From contig JBOZIK010000001.1 in the NCBI GenBank assembly GCA_051453625.1, positions 48,401,235-48,465,234 of the forward strand: DNA of 64,000 nucleotides, given 5' to 3'. The DNA is from Welwitschia mirabilis. Taxonomy: Eukaryota. Below, one piece after another: positions 13,517-27,405 of the stretch. Position 1 is the stretch's first letter; the number at the start of each line of letters is the position of its first letter. Below the pieces are notes generated by a model that was not told the origin of the DNA, searched no databases, and worked only from the letters and a program-made list of their open reading frames with translations. A program made the position numbers and the translations under genes.

Positions 13517-16148
13517 AATTAACATGCTTAATATATTAATCTTGAATTTCTATCTCTTGTGTTTACTTAGTGGTCTCCTTCTTTGGTGGTGATGGGTTTA
13601 TCGAATGACCAAACTCCATGCCTAGCTGCATCTTTATCTCTCATACCTTTTCTATAAGGCTAGTTATTTTGATGTTCAAAACTTACACCCTAATATATAT
13701 TTCTTAGACTTCACCCATTAACCATGCAAATTGATCACTAACTAATGTATTTAGTGAATTCATAGTAATACATGTAAGGCCTAGGTACTTTGATAATTAA
13801 ATCTCACTATACTTTATGAGGTGAATTCTATTCAGCTTCTTTCTACTTAACATGGCCATTTATGTGAAAACATTATGCACTAAATGAACTAAATTTTTTG
13901 ACTATGAGATAGTATTAATAATAAAGATAAAATAAATTATAGTTAACAATTAGATAACCAATTTCACATACTTAAGGGTGGTATAGTATATGAAAAATTA
14001 TATGGTTTAGAATTTAATCATGGTAGAATCAATCATGCATGAAATTTCATCAACTCAACCATGTAAAAAGTAGGATGGATATGTATGGATATCAATCTAA
14101 AGTAGACACACCCAAGTGATAATAAGATCTATATGAACAAGCCTTTCTTATATCCTAGAGTGGATGCTTTAAAGGCTACTTCTTTACTAAGTGACTAAAG
14201 GCTATAGAACTTAAAGAGGAAGGGTAAATTAATTTCATATAAAAACCATATGATAAAAAATAAATACTACATAAAATAAAAATTTAATCTCTTATTAAAT
14301 TTATGTGATTTTCTCACTTGAGTAGTTTACACTTCGAGGGTGGACTCATACACACCTTTGGATCTTATTTCTAAAAAATAATTTCTATGATTTAAGGCAT
14401 CACACACCTCATAAGGATTAAAGTAAAATAGAGTAGCTCCTCTCAAGGTAGCCAAATAATTTTTATGATTTAAGATTACAAATTGGTGTTTATCTTAGGA
14501 ACACCTTAAAAGCATTGTAAGGCACTCATACAACTTGGAATCCTTCTAGGACCCAAATAATACAAGCCTCTTATGGTGAGAATGTAGTGGAAAGAGAGGA
14601 ATGAATATTTACAAAGATTCACAAATTTGATATCCCTCTTTTTATGTAGGAATAGAATTAAGAAATATTAGAAGAAAATAGAATGAAAAATAATGCTTTC
14701 TTACTTAATATAGGAGCTCACAAAAGAAGAAGTAGTAGAAGCAACTTATTAGATCTTTGGTTATTCCTTTTTCAAGTTGTTATAAAGTTTTATTATAAGT
14801 ATGGAGCCTTGTAAAATAAAAATGAAATCATGTTTTTTCCCCAAATAAAGGTATTTCTTAGAAGATTTAATTCTTTTGTAATTTTATAACAAGTTTCCAA
14901 ATTAGGTTACTAAAAAGGTGGCATAAAAAAATACTTAAAATTACATCTTAAAATGGCAACCTTTTATTTTTACATTTTAATTTGAAGTAAACATCTACAT
15001 TTGGCTTGTCCAACTTTGTTAAAAACAAAGAAATAGATTGGAAGCTTCAATGCCCTTATTGTTCTCAGGCAATAGTCAAAAGAGCTTCATAGGTTTATTA
15101 TCTAAAATTAAGGGTGAGTAATATTAGAGGTAGAACATTAAATTAAGAACTTTTTCACAGCATAAGAGTTTAGTAGTGATCTTTAAGATCAGCTAGTTTG
15201 AATCTGCTATTATGACTTTTTCGTAGGTCTCTGTTTCAATCTTAAATATTTAACATTACCTATATTAATCACAGTATTTTTTTTCAGTCTTATGTATGAG
15301 TCTATGTGTATTTTTTCTTTAGTAATGAAAATTTTAACTTTCATTCAAAAAAAAAAAACTACACAACTTGGAGAAGTCTTCATGTTTGTAGATGTCTTCA
15401 TAATATATATACATATCTAATCTAGAATCAAACATGCTTCATGAGTGATGGAAATCAGATTCTAAATGTTTATAAAAAATTACCTCATTATCAATGTCTT
15501 CAGTCTTTCTAGGAATTATTTATTAATGCCATTATGCTCTCCCAAGATGTCTTCACATAAGAAGATGTCTAAAAACTAGATGAAGGGATTATTTAAAAAG
15601 TAGACACCTTTAATTTTGGTAGATATTTTTTTATCACACTTCACTAGTTTTTCCAAGATATCTTCCATCTTGTAAACATCTAGTGGTATGCTAGACATGT
15701 TTAAAATATGTATATGTAGATATTAGATTTAAATTAAAGTTAACAAACACACTAGTTATCTTATACAAGTATTCACTCTGGTGGATGTATTCCTTTGTAG
15801 TAAATATCTTTAGCCTTATAGATGTCTTTTCTACACTTGATGAGACTTGAAATTCATGATTTCTATCCATACATAATACTAATTTAACAAGTTTAATATG
15901 TTAAAACTAGGTATTTCAATAGTATTCCCCTCTTTTGATGATGTTTACAACTTTTTAAATCTAATACAAGTACCAAATATATACCAACAAAAAAATTTAC
16001 AACTTGAAAGGAAAAAGAAACAGACATAGTTAATTTATAAAAAAAAGTAGTGTTCATTAAGATAAAAGTATTAGATGTACTATTAAATTGATTTTAACAA
16101 AGTGCAAATTCTAGTGAAACTAAAAATTCTATACAATGCTAATGAAAC

Positions 16149-18811
16149 TATTGGGTTTTACTAGAATATGTTTATTCTATTGGATACAAAGGATATTTCA
16201 TATTGATTTACATGCATAATAGGATTGTCCATGTGCATAGTTATTTTTAATTTTAGAAGTTAATGTCTAGCTTTAGCTTTAGGTCCTAGATCCATAAACC
16301 TTGGAATATGGTTTCATATTTTAAGGCATTAATTAATGCCAATCATGATAAAATTTGATGTATAAATTCAAGTTAAAATTAATGAATTATCTAAGCTATT
16401 TCATTTGATTATCTTTTACACTCCCTAGGATTCTCACCAAGTTCTTGGGCCTAATCTGTACTTGAGGATTTTGAAACCCTACAAATGTTATTAGAGCCAT
16501 CCTGAAGGGATCTTACTTTACAACAAATACTTTAGATTCTATAGAGGGAGGAGATGGCTATGACACAATGTGATCATCTATGAACGCATCAAAGGATAAT
16601 ACAAAAGAGAAATAGAAAGTTTTCTTTGCATGTTCATTTTATTAGAGGATATCTATTGCATAGAGATGAGTACTTTCTAAGAATGCAATGGCTACAAATG
16701 GTAGATGCTGTGAAGCATAAGCAAGGAAGTGATCATCTAGTGTTGAATAATAATGGATACATTTACCATTTTACACTTTTCTTGTTTGCCTTGGTTTTTT
16801 GTGCTTTTATCTCATTCAGCCTCTGTTTTTTTTTTAGATTTATGTTTACATTTTATGTTTATTCTTTTGTTGTCTACAAGCTATGTTTTCTATTTCCATT
16901 TTTTATTTAAACATAAGAATATGTTCAAGACTTGTGTAAAATCCTTAGATGTGTTCCATTTATAAAGATTTAAAGTTTGTAAATGTTTTTTTTAATATCT
17001 AATTTCTTGTGAGGGCATATGTCAGAAAAGGCATAATATTAATTCCAAAGTAATGATTAAAGCTCCTAAAGAAACTAAAAACAATTTCAATTTTTTAAGT
17101 ACTTCTCATGAATGTTTAAGAAATAGCTCAAACCAAGTTTATAGTAGCCATAAAATAGAGGTCCACCACTGCCTTTGGTGCTTGATCTCCTGGTAGGCTA
17201 CGGGTGTCAATCCTCTTGTCTTTGCATTTTCATGAATCCCTTCTTTAGATTTAACTTTCATACATCCACAAGCCAACATTGAGAGCTTACTCTACAATTT
17301 CATATTTTAGTTTTAAATATTCATAAGGATTGATATGAATGACATGTCTTTTTCTTTGACTGGCATATGGAAGATTCAATATGTTTAGTTATTACTATTA
17401 GTTAATACAAAAACTCCTTAAATAGAAAAGTAGTTATACTCACATGATCATGCTATCTAAACCAACTATACATGTACCAAATTGCAAGGGACATCTTATT
17501 TGTTATAGAATATTTTTCAAAAAACATGTTGTTGAAACTAGGTGATAACATCTCTATGCTATAAATCAGAGTTTACAAAGAGTCTTAGCTATGAAATTTT
17601 CATCACTGAAGAAAAATACTCCAATCACTAAACTTTTGTCATAACTATAATCTCTTATTTCGCTTGGTACATTACTTTCATCCATTTATGGAGTGTCTAA
17701 TTTCATTATCTTCATGCTTCTCTAAGAAGAAACATTTTGAGTAAAAGGATAGTTTTTCTAGGCTATCTCCTAAACAACCTCTAGTGGATTTCAAAGATCT
17801 GCTTCTTATATTATAGAAATGAAGGTTTGATCCACAAACATGAAGGAGAGATCAAGCTAATTTGAATCATTAATTTTTTCTTCTTTTTTCTTTCATGTTC
17901 CTCCATTATTTTCTTAGAAAATCCCTTAACTTTGCTTTATAAGGTAATTATTTAATGTCCTCTATATTAAATATGTAGGACCTATTTTATGCAATATGAA
18001 TGTCAAAAAATAATTTTATGAGATTAAATTTCATCAATTTCCACTAAGTGAACATTGATTAAGTAAAAGCTAGGTTAGGTCTTATCCCAAGTAACTCATG
18101 TTTTATGCAATTTTATGTAAAATAGTGGTATGGGACACTTTTTGTGATATTATTTTATGTGAAAATTGCTTGAGTTAGTCCCATTCTTGGGTGTGTTCCA
18201 TATGAAGTATTAGGTATGTTCCATAGTTCTAGGTAAGGTATGTAAATTTCTTGAGAATACCACTTGTAAAATGTCTTTTTTGAAGTTGCATAGAATAAAG
18301 GATGTAGATTAATCCAAGGAGATCACTTGAAAAAAATCTTCCTTGAAATTGCACATTTTGAAGGTTGATGCTTTTTTAGCTTAACACTTTAGTTGTGTGC
18401 TTTAATGCTATTCTAGAAACATGTCCTAACAATTGTCTAATGTCTAAATCCTCATCTTTTGGCCTTAAAATTAAGGAGGAATTTATTAGCTCTTATATGT
18501 TTGTTTTGATGGGTTTAAAGGATATTTCATAACAATTTATATGCATAATGAAAATGTCCATGTGCATAGTTATTTTTAATTTTAGAATTCAATATCCAGC
18601 CTTAGTTTTAGATTCTAGATCTAGAAATCTTGGGATATGGATGCATATTTCAAGGAATTCATTAACACCAATTATGGTAAAATTTGATTTATAAATTCAA
18701 GTTATAATTTATGAATTATCTAAGTTGTTTTATTTGATTATCTTATATTCTCTTGGGATTTTCTTCTAGTTCTTACGTTTGATTTATGCTCAAGGGTTTT
18801 CAAATTCTACA
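16149..18811 (+). mobile_element. small non-autonomous LTR element (TRIM/LARD-like) with LTRs of about 330 bp
   Basis: Direct repeats 16149-16483 and 18484-18811 (both contain gtccatgtgcatagttatttttaattttagaa and end in ctaca). PBS-like tgttattagagcc at 16486-16498. PPT-like aattaaggaggaa before LTR2. No recognisable coding domain inside. Confidence 0.8.
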
Positions 18812-21800
18812 ATTCTAGTGAAATTAAGAATTCTATACAATGCTAATGAAACAATAACACTATGCAATAATAATGCTAAAATAAAATCTAACAATAACAA
18901 CTATGTAATGTGAGTGATGAACCCAAAAAAAAAAAAAGGGAGAATGTAGAATAAGTAGTATAATTCCTAATACATCATTTTCACAATAAGATATTCTTAA
19001 TTAATTCTCTATAACTTTCCTACATCTCCCCTACTTTGTGGGCATCTTAAGATATTAGTCATGAGGATATGCATCATTGTCAGAACCTCCTAAATATGTA
19101 TCATCATCTTTATTTATTTTATTAGTGTTTTCATAATGCTTTGATGAATATCCTTGATTACCACTATATTATGATGATGTCTCTTGCTATGAACTAAAAC
19201 TAGATGTAGTATTCCTTTTGTTGTCTACTTGAGTGGAAGTTTGTAAAACCTACTAATACATCCTAGCGTATTTTCATGGTGTAATAGTAATACCAAAAAA
19301 GTTTGATGTTTTTGTTGAGCAAAATCCTAAGTATCAACTAGTTAATTCATTAGAGGTTGTGGAATAGGTGGTGGTGAATCAAGAGGCACATGTGGTGCTT
19401 GCCTTCACACCCTAAACTTAGCATATGGATAAACCTAAAAGGGAACATTAAACTCATCATAGAAATGTTGTAATTGTTATTATGCCTCATGTATTTTTTC
19501 TAGTGTCCCTGTTACTATGGAAAATCTTCCTGATGATATGAATTATGGTCCATTCCTCTTAGATGTTGTTCCTCCTCTATATTAAAACCATTTTAACTAT
19601 CATAATCATCATTTATATTAGTCTAAACATGATTGTCCATCTCCTCTAAGTCAAATAAGGGTTCCTCCCCCTCATTGATGGCTCTATGTGCATACTTGTC
19701 TTGATGCTTTCTAATGTGCATGATGTTCCATCTAATCTTGCTAATTCATCTAGCTATTTCTTTAGATATTTATTCACTAAAGATGATACTTATGCTCTAA
19801 CTGATTTATAATGCTTAGGATCTACTTTATCTGGGCTAGCACATATACGTTTAAATTTTGTGACCCTTTTCTTCTCACTAAAATCTAATAATGACCTCTT
19901 AGCATTGATTAAGTTTATAGGAAACACTACTATGCTAGCATTATAAATGATCATATTAATTAAAAATTAACAACTAAAACTTTATGCATAGTGGTATTGT
20001 GAGATCATATTTTTAAAAATGAAATGTCCCATATCTATATGGACACTAGTTAGCAGGTGATAAAGAAAAAGATTTACATTTTGGGAATCCCCCATCTCTT
20101 ACAAGAGTATTATAGAATACTATTAAGATCAAGATGAATGCATCAGAGGTCCCTTATTTGTGTTTGATATATTCATAATGGTAACATAATGTTAGAAAAA
20201 AATTTGAGTTGTAATATCTTTGTAAGAGACTCTAGCTACTTTTCATGTAGAAACACTTTCAAAGTAAAAAAATATACTTAAAAAATGTTGGCTGCATTTA
20301 GATGACGTAGATTATTTAAAAATTAAGTAATAATGTAAAGGATACTATCAGTTACTTACATTTTAATGGTTCCTGTAGCATCACACTTTTCATGGACATT
20401 GCAATAAAACTTATGAACCAAATATACAAGAATATTTTGAGTAAGATCAACTAATTTATCCATTTTAAAATGCTCAAATAAGTGACATAATTCTATCTAC
20501 CTATTTTCCTTAAAATCAAGAGTTGCTTTTGCTACTACATTGAATGATCTCTAGTTTACATACCTATTTTACTACATTTGGATTAGCGATGGAAAGTTTA
20601 TACCTTTATTATTAAGCAACTTATTTATCTTCTTTAGAATTTATTCTAGAACTATAAGCATCCTTTGTGTAAGTCATTGAAGAATAGCATGAGAAAACAC
20701 TAAATAATAAAGCAACTACTTGAATCTTAATGAGAAAGAAGTATTCTAAGTGAGCATATGTTTTTAGAAAGGAGGTAGGAGACATTCTTCAATGGCTAAA
20801 ACTATAGGTTGAATGGATTGAGAACCTTGAATGAGAGACATCTATTTTATGTGTGGATGAAATATGATATGAGGATAATGGTTCGTCTCTCTTTATCAAT
20901 TTTTAACGTTAACTATTCATCTTCTTCCTTCCTTTTTTCCCCCATATTTTTCTGATATTATAGATGTCTTTGAATTCAAAGATGTATAAAATGTGCTTCA
21001 GATATGTTAATCACATGGAAGACATCTACATATAGATGATTTTAAAAATTAAAATCCTTAATAGGATATGTCTATAATATGGGGAGATACCTATGACTAA
21101 AGTGACCAAAAAAAGGCCAAAATTGAATCATCTAATTATCATGAGATATCTTGATGAATCAAAATGCAAAAACATAATTTTTTAGTGAACATTTATAATA
21201 TAATAACACAAGAAATCCAGTATATATATAAAGGAATCTATTACGCAGAAAACATGTACATTGAAAATTCCTAGAAAATCACAAGATAGTGCATGATGCA
21301 TGATGAACTCAATAACACTACATAACAACTCTAGCAAATGAAAATTAATAGATTTAGAACACTAGAGTTGATAAGAAGCCACAAACCTATAAATTATCTA
21401 TTTAAGCATGGCCCAATCCCTAAATCTTTATACAACTTGTTGAATCTAACTTTGTTTAAAGGTTTTATGAAGATATTAGCTAATTAGTTTTTCATCTTAA
21501 CATACTCCAATTTGGTATTTTCACTTTATACATGATTATGAAGAAAAAGATTACAAATATTTATGTGTTATTTGTAAGTGTTAAATAAGATTATTTAATA
21601 TTTAACCATACATTTCTTATTATAATACACTTGACTATGCTCTATGGTAATGTGAAAATCATTAAGAATTTATTTCATTTATAGAATTCATCCATAATAA
21701 CTTCCTTAAGGTAGATTTTATGGTGGTGGAAAAGGTAGTTATAGTTCCCAAAATATTTTCTCACCCTAAAATAATTCATAACATTAAAAATAAATTAGGA

Positions 21801-21899
21801 AATACTAGTATTTACATAAAAGAGATTATGTTGTTAAGAATTGTAAAAAGAGAAGATTCATTAATGCCAATAAAGATAATGTAGCTAAAACTAAAAAAT

Positions 21900-24560
21900 C
21901 CTTAAAATAACTTAGTCTAAAAGAATAATTCAATTAAAAGCAAGAATGATGGGTTTAGGAAGGAGTATTTATTATTATTTTTAAATAAATCATTTCTAAG
22001 TATATTAACAGTGAATTCTACAGGCATATCACCTATTAAAAGGATTTGTTTTAAGATCATGTAGAAGATGATCATGAGGTTATTATCTTCGATGAAGGTA
22101 CCTCACACAAAATAAAATAACATAGCATACTTTTGTAAAAAATTACAAAGGTAAATATTTCAATAATGATGTATTTTAGTTTTCTAATGGCTATTACAAC
22201 TTTATTGGCCTAGAACAATTGATTAGAAATGGAGTTAAATCTAAATATTACAATTAAAAATGTATCTTATGTATGAGTAAACAAATTCGTGAAGTGCCTA
22301 AAATACAAAATAACCTCTACCAAATCCTTTTTGAAAAAGCCCTTTTTTCTAATAAAAATGGCTTTTGGACATGACATAGACATCTTGATCACATATCCTC
22401 AAAATACATGAAAGAGATGATCCAAAATAATCTTGTGAGAGGATTACCAAATCTTCAAATATATCCCATAGAAAATTAAAAAAAAAGGAATTTTTAAAGA
22501 GAAGCAAAAAAGAGTTCCCTTTTTAAAGATCAACATAAGATCATGACTACATCTATTGTTAATTTCTTTAATTATTTTAACTGCTTCATTACTTCAAACT
22601 AGGGTGGATGTACGTATTTTATTACTTTTATCCATTATTATTTTCTTATTTATCATGTTTATTTTTTAATATATAAATCTTAAGATTTATAATCTTTTAA
22701 AGTATTTTAAAGATAAGATAAAATGAAAATAGGTTATAAAATCAAGTGCTTAAGGATTGAGAGAAGAGATAAGTATTTATCTTATGAATTTCAGTCTTAT
22801 TTAGAAAATTGTGGTATTAATCATCAATTACAAATAGTATATACTTTTGAACAAAATGGAGCAACTAAAAAAAATGATCTTTATTTGATATTGCTAGAAC
22901 AATCCTCCTTCAAGCAAATATAAGAAAGGTATTTTGGACTAAATCTATCAAAAGTGATAACTACCTATAAGGTTATATCATTACACAACATGTTGATCTC
23001 TATACCCCAGTAGCAATGGTATGTTATCAAATGAAATTTATCTCACTCATAAATTTTGGGTTTCATATTCTTTATTAAGAATATTAATTCCAATCAAGAT
23101 AAGTTAGAATATAAAATAAGACTTTGTATTTTTCTTGGTTATTTTGATAAAAGTAATATCATAAATGCTATAATCTTGATTTCACAAAAGTACTAGAAAG
23201 TTCTAATGTTAAATTTACTTTTGATGAGTTTAAAATTTCTAGTTGTAAAAGTAAGTTTAGAAATATTTTTATTTACTAAATTAAGATCTTGATTTTTAAA
23301 TAAATATTAAAAGATTAAGATTTTATTATGATAAATCCAATATCATAAGTCCTATAGATGCTCCTCTGACTAAAAGAAGGCAACAACAAAATCTTGTTAC
23401 TATTGTTGAATAAAGGTATTTAATAATATTTTAAAAGAATACTTGGCCTTTAGTTATAAATCTTTAAATCTAAATCCTATTTACTTTAATTATTCTATTA
23501 AATATATTCCTTGAGTAAAAACCATAGAAGAAGAAATCATTTAAATTAGAAAGAACAAGACTTGGATATTTGTTCTTGAGATAAAGAATAAAAATGTTAT
23601 TAGCACCAAGAGAATTTATAGAACTACATATAACTATGATAATATAATTAATAAATATAAATTTCATCTTGTTAGTTTTGATTATGTATAGTAGGTAAGT
23701 CTAAACTATGAAAACATATGCGTCTATTCGTTTAGTCTCCTTACATATGCCTTCAATATTCACATAAATGTTTAACAAATAAATATTAAATTAGCTTTTT
23801 TAAATGGGATTATTAAAGAAGTTTAGATATTTTAACCTTAAGGATTTAAAGATAAATAATATAATGCCTATTACTCAAGAAGGATTCATACAGTTTAAAA
23901 CAAGCCTTAAGGGCTTTGTTTTCTAGACTAAATACCTATTTGAGAATTTATGGTTATAAGAGATGCTTTACTAAAAATGTCTTATGTAAGAAACTATCTA
24001 AGATCATTCTATTTTTGTCTTAATTTGTGTTGATGGAATATTTTTTAATTAAACAAATAAACATCTTAGAGACATCATAAGATCAAAATCCTATAACTTT
24101 TAAGAGGTTTCTTTCTAAATCAAAGCAAGTATGATTCTTACGTGTTGAAGAAATTTAATATGCATGAATCTAAATCTATTTCTACTCCTTTGCTTAATAA
24201 TCATACTCTAGAAATAATATATGGAAGGAGATAATGTAGATTCACATGTGTATATATCCATGATTAGAGCCTTATGGATCTAACAACAATTAGACCTAAT
24301 AGAGAAGATTTTGTTAATCTTGCTTCAAGGTTATACCATCTTTAAAGAAACATGTTGATGGAATGAAATAAATCTTTTATTATGTTAATGAAACATAAAA
24401 TTAATGTTTCTTTTATGAGTTCAAAAATAAGACTCAATTAATTAACTATGGTAATACATAGTGGTAGATAATATTGATAATAAAAAGTGCACCGCAAGTT
24501 ACATCATGATGCTCAGTGATAGCTTCTTTTCTTAGGAAGGAAAAAAATAATCATGTTATT
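21900..24560 (+). pseudogene. highly decayed Ty1/copia pol (PR, GAG-pre, IN, RT, start of RNase H)
   Basis: WTWHRHLDH near 22365; ORF 22723..22923 (KIKCLRIERRDKYLSYEF...EQNGA, integrase core); CIFLGY near 23125; AFLNG near 23795; DNKKCTASY near 24477. Confidence 0.8.
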
Positions 24561-25541
24561 TTAATGTTAAGTATTTATTAATATTTTTAATCATTCAATT
24601 TTCTATTTTATTTTTTGATAATTTTTATCCTTTTCTTAAGCTTTAAAAATAATACTTTCTAATTGATTATAAATTTCTATATAATCTTTAGATATTTCTT
24701 AAAAGGAGGATCATCTATTACCTAATTTTATTTTCCTTCATAATGGTAGACCTCAGTATCAAAATTAAAAAGAAACTTCATATATATTTTTTGTTTAATG
24801 TTTAAGTTGAATTGTGTAACTATGTGTCTAAGAATTCTTGATCAATTCATACTTGAAATATTCATATAAATAGTAATTCTATAGTCTAAGAGAAAATACT
24901 ATTGTTGCATGTTCTAAATTATGGATATGATTATTCCTTTTATCTATCTTTAATTATTAAGACCCATAAGATATAACTCTTCTTTCTTATTTAAGGACAT
25001 ATATTATTTCTTTTCCTAATGCATTAATGTGTATGTCATATGATTTTCTCTTATCTAGAATTACCAATATAGAAGCATTGGCTAGTAATTTCTTAATTTG
25101 TTAAATTATTCTTTACATTAGTTTATTTATTTTATTTATTTTCACTAAAAGAATTGTTAAAGAATCTAAAACCTTTAAAAAATTAAAAATGAAACATTTG
25201 TGATATCCTGCAAGTCTTAAAAAACTTCATACCTTTTTTGCATTTGTAGGGACATAAACTTACTACCTAATTTGAAATTGTATACGAAGAAACCATTTTT
25301 CCCCCTAAAAATAACATTGTCTTTTACTCTTATATATCTTATTCATCCTTAGAATTTACAAAATGATTCCATGATGGTTTTCATGATTTTTATAGTTCTT
25401 AAAGTAGATAAATATGTCATCATAAAAACTATTCAAAAACTATCCAAATATAACCAAAAAAAGTATGATTTATGATATTTATGAAAATGGTAAAGGCATT
25501 TGTTAATTTAGAAGGCATAATAGTAAACTAAAAATGTCTAT

Positions 25542-26888
25542 TGTTAACATGTAAAAATTGATGTTTTGATCATGTTAATTGACTAATTTATCTTAATAAA
25601 AGATATTAATATAATTAATTTATCATAAAAACATGTCTTCTATTACTTTTCTATATTAATTATGGACTTATTATCTTCCTATTGACTTTTTAGGATATTT
25701 ATTGCACTTTGAAGAACATGCTTCAAAATGATGATTATGTAGGCTAAAATGACTGTGCTACCATCCTGGTCATTCAGCACTACCACTCTTTGAGAGAAAA
25801 TCACTTTAATTCTTATGTTACTAACTTGTCATGCAAACTTTAGTCAAACAGAGTTACAGGATTAATTTGATTTGACCCTTGAAATAACTTGCATCTTTGA
25901 TGACATGTGGTGGTGATGAAAATGACATGTAGTGGAGACATGTGGCATTGCTGAGCAGGATAATGATGGAGATACATGATGACAACAATGGTTGGAAAAA
26001 GTAGAAGCATCCAAGAGAAAAGTGTTAGCCTCGTCATAATAATCTCTCCCAAATAAAAGATGATAAATGTTATACCTAATGCCATCATTTTATAGTCGCT
26101 CATCTAATACTACAAAACAAAGACTCGTAATCACCCTCGACCCCCATACTTACCTATAAAAGGGTCTTAATCCCTTCATTATAATATCTTCCATTTTGGT
26201 AAAAGCATAAAATCTTTGGAGCATTAAGTCGCGATGGTCCTCTAAGTGCTTCTTTAGAAACTAAGCTTGCTTTCAAGGATATCTTGAGAAGTCTTTTCAG
26301 CTTCCTTCTATCTCTGATGTAATGTGCCTTTATTTGATTTAATACTTAAGAGTTTTTTTTAATTGCTAGTTACAAATTATTTTGTACTATGAATGCTTAA
26401 ATAACAATGTAACTATCAAGATTATTTGGTTAACTAAGCAAATTCATTAGTTAATTGATCTAAATCTTAGCAATGTTATGGATCTTGAGTACCTAAGATC
26501 CTGACCTTCCATTTTTATTACAAGGTTGTGAAGGATTAGTGACTTTTGAATTAATAAACACTCATATGATAAATGAGATTATGTCATCATAACCCAAGCT
26601 ATCATACATAATAGTATAAAGTTTATTTCAAGATAGTGTAACATATGATCACGTGAGGAATTGTAGAAGAACAAGTTAGGTAAAACTTGAAGCTTTCTTG
26701 CTTTTCACTTTTTTGAGCAAAGTTTCAACACAAAATTCTTAACTTCTTCTTTTTCCTTTCTTTGCTTTATAACTTATGATTAAGTAAGATTATTTAAATT
26801 TTGATTATTCAATCCCAATTATCCTTATGAAATAATGACATTAGATCCTTACCTAGTTTAAATTCAATTCACTATACTCACACGAATA
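25542..26888 (+). repeat. 5' LTR
   Basis: Colinear with 30620-31964 along its whole length. Confidence 0.9.
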
Positions 26889-27362
26889 AGGCTTTTAGTA
26901 TCATTGCTTAGGATAATGGCATGGTAACTGCTCAAAAAGAGCATGCATTTTTCTTTCTTATAACCTTTTTAATTAGTTTTTATTTTTCCAATGGTGAGTA
27001 CTAATCCACTCCAGTGGTATCTGAACTAGTTGTATTTTTCTTTTTTAAAGTGTTTGTTTTCCTTTTATTTCTTTCCAGTGTTGGTACTGGTTCTTTCGAG
27101 TGATACCCAAATTAGTTTAGCTTTAAGTTTGTTTTAGGTTTCTTTGCTTTAACTTGATTTGTGTTATAGGTTTAAGAAGTTTTTTGTAGGTTGCAAAAAA
27201 GGAGCAAAGAAACTAAAATTTAATACACTCTACATGATTTTTATTTTCTATGTTTTTAATTCATGTTTTAATTTCTTATGCATGTTTATTATCATGAACA
27301 CTAAAAACACTAAAAAGTTTTATAATTTAATTTTCATTAAGATTGGTTTTGTGTCCACAGCC

Positions 27363-27405
27363 ATTTTTATTTTTATTTTTATTTTTATTTTTATTTTTAT
27401 TTTTT
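27363..27405. repeat. (ATTTTT)n microsatellite
   Basis: Direct inspection. Confidence 0.9.

Noticed and set aside
13517-16100. Further copia 3' ends and LTR fragments (PPT-like motifs at ~14573 and ~15924)
   Set aside because: Probably real TE debris, but no paired repeat or clear protein motif to define boundaries.
16626-16965. Hydrophobic membrane-like ORFs
   Set aside because: T-rich retroelement leader sequence with no domain signal.
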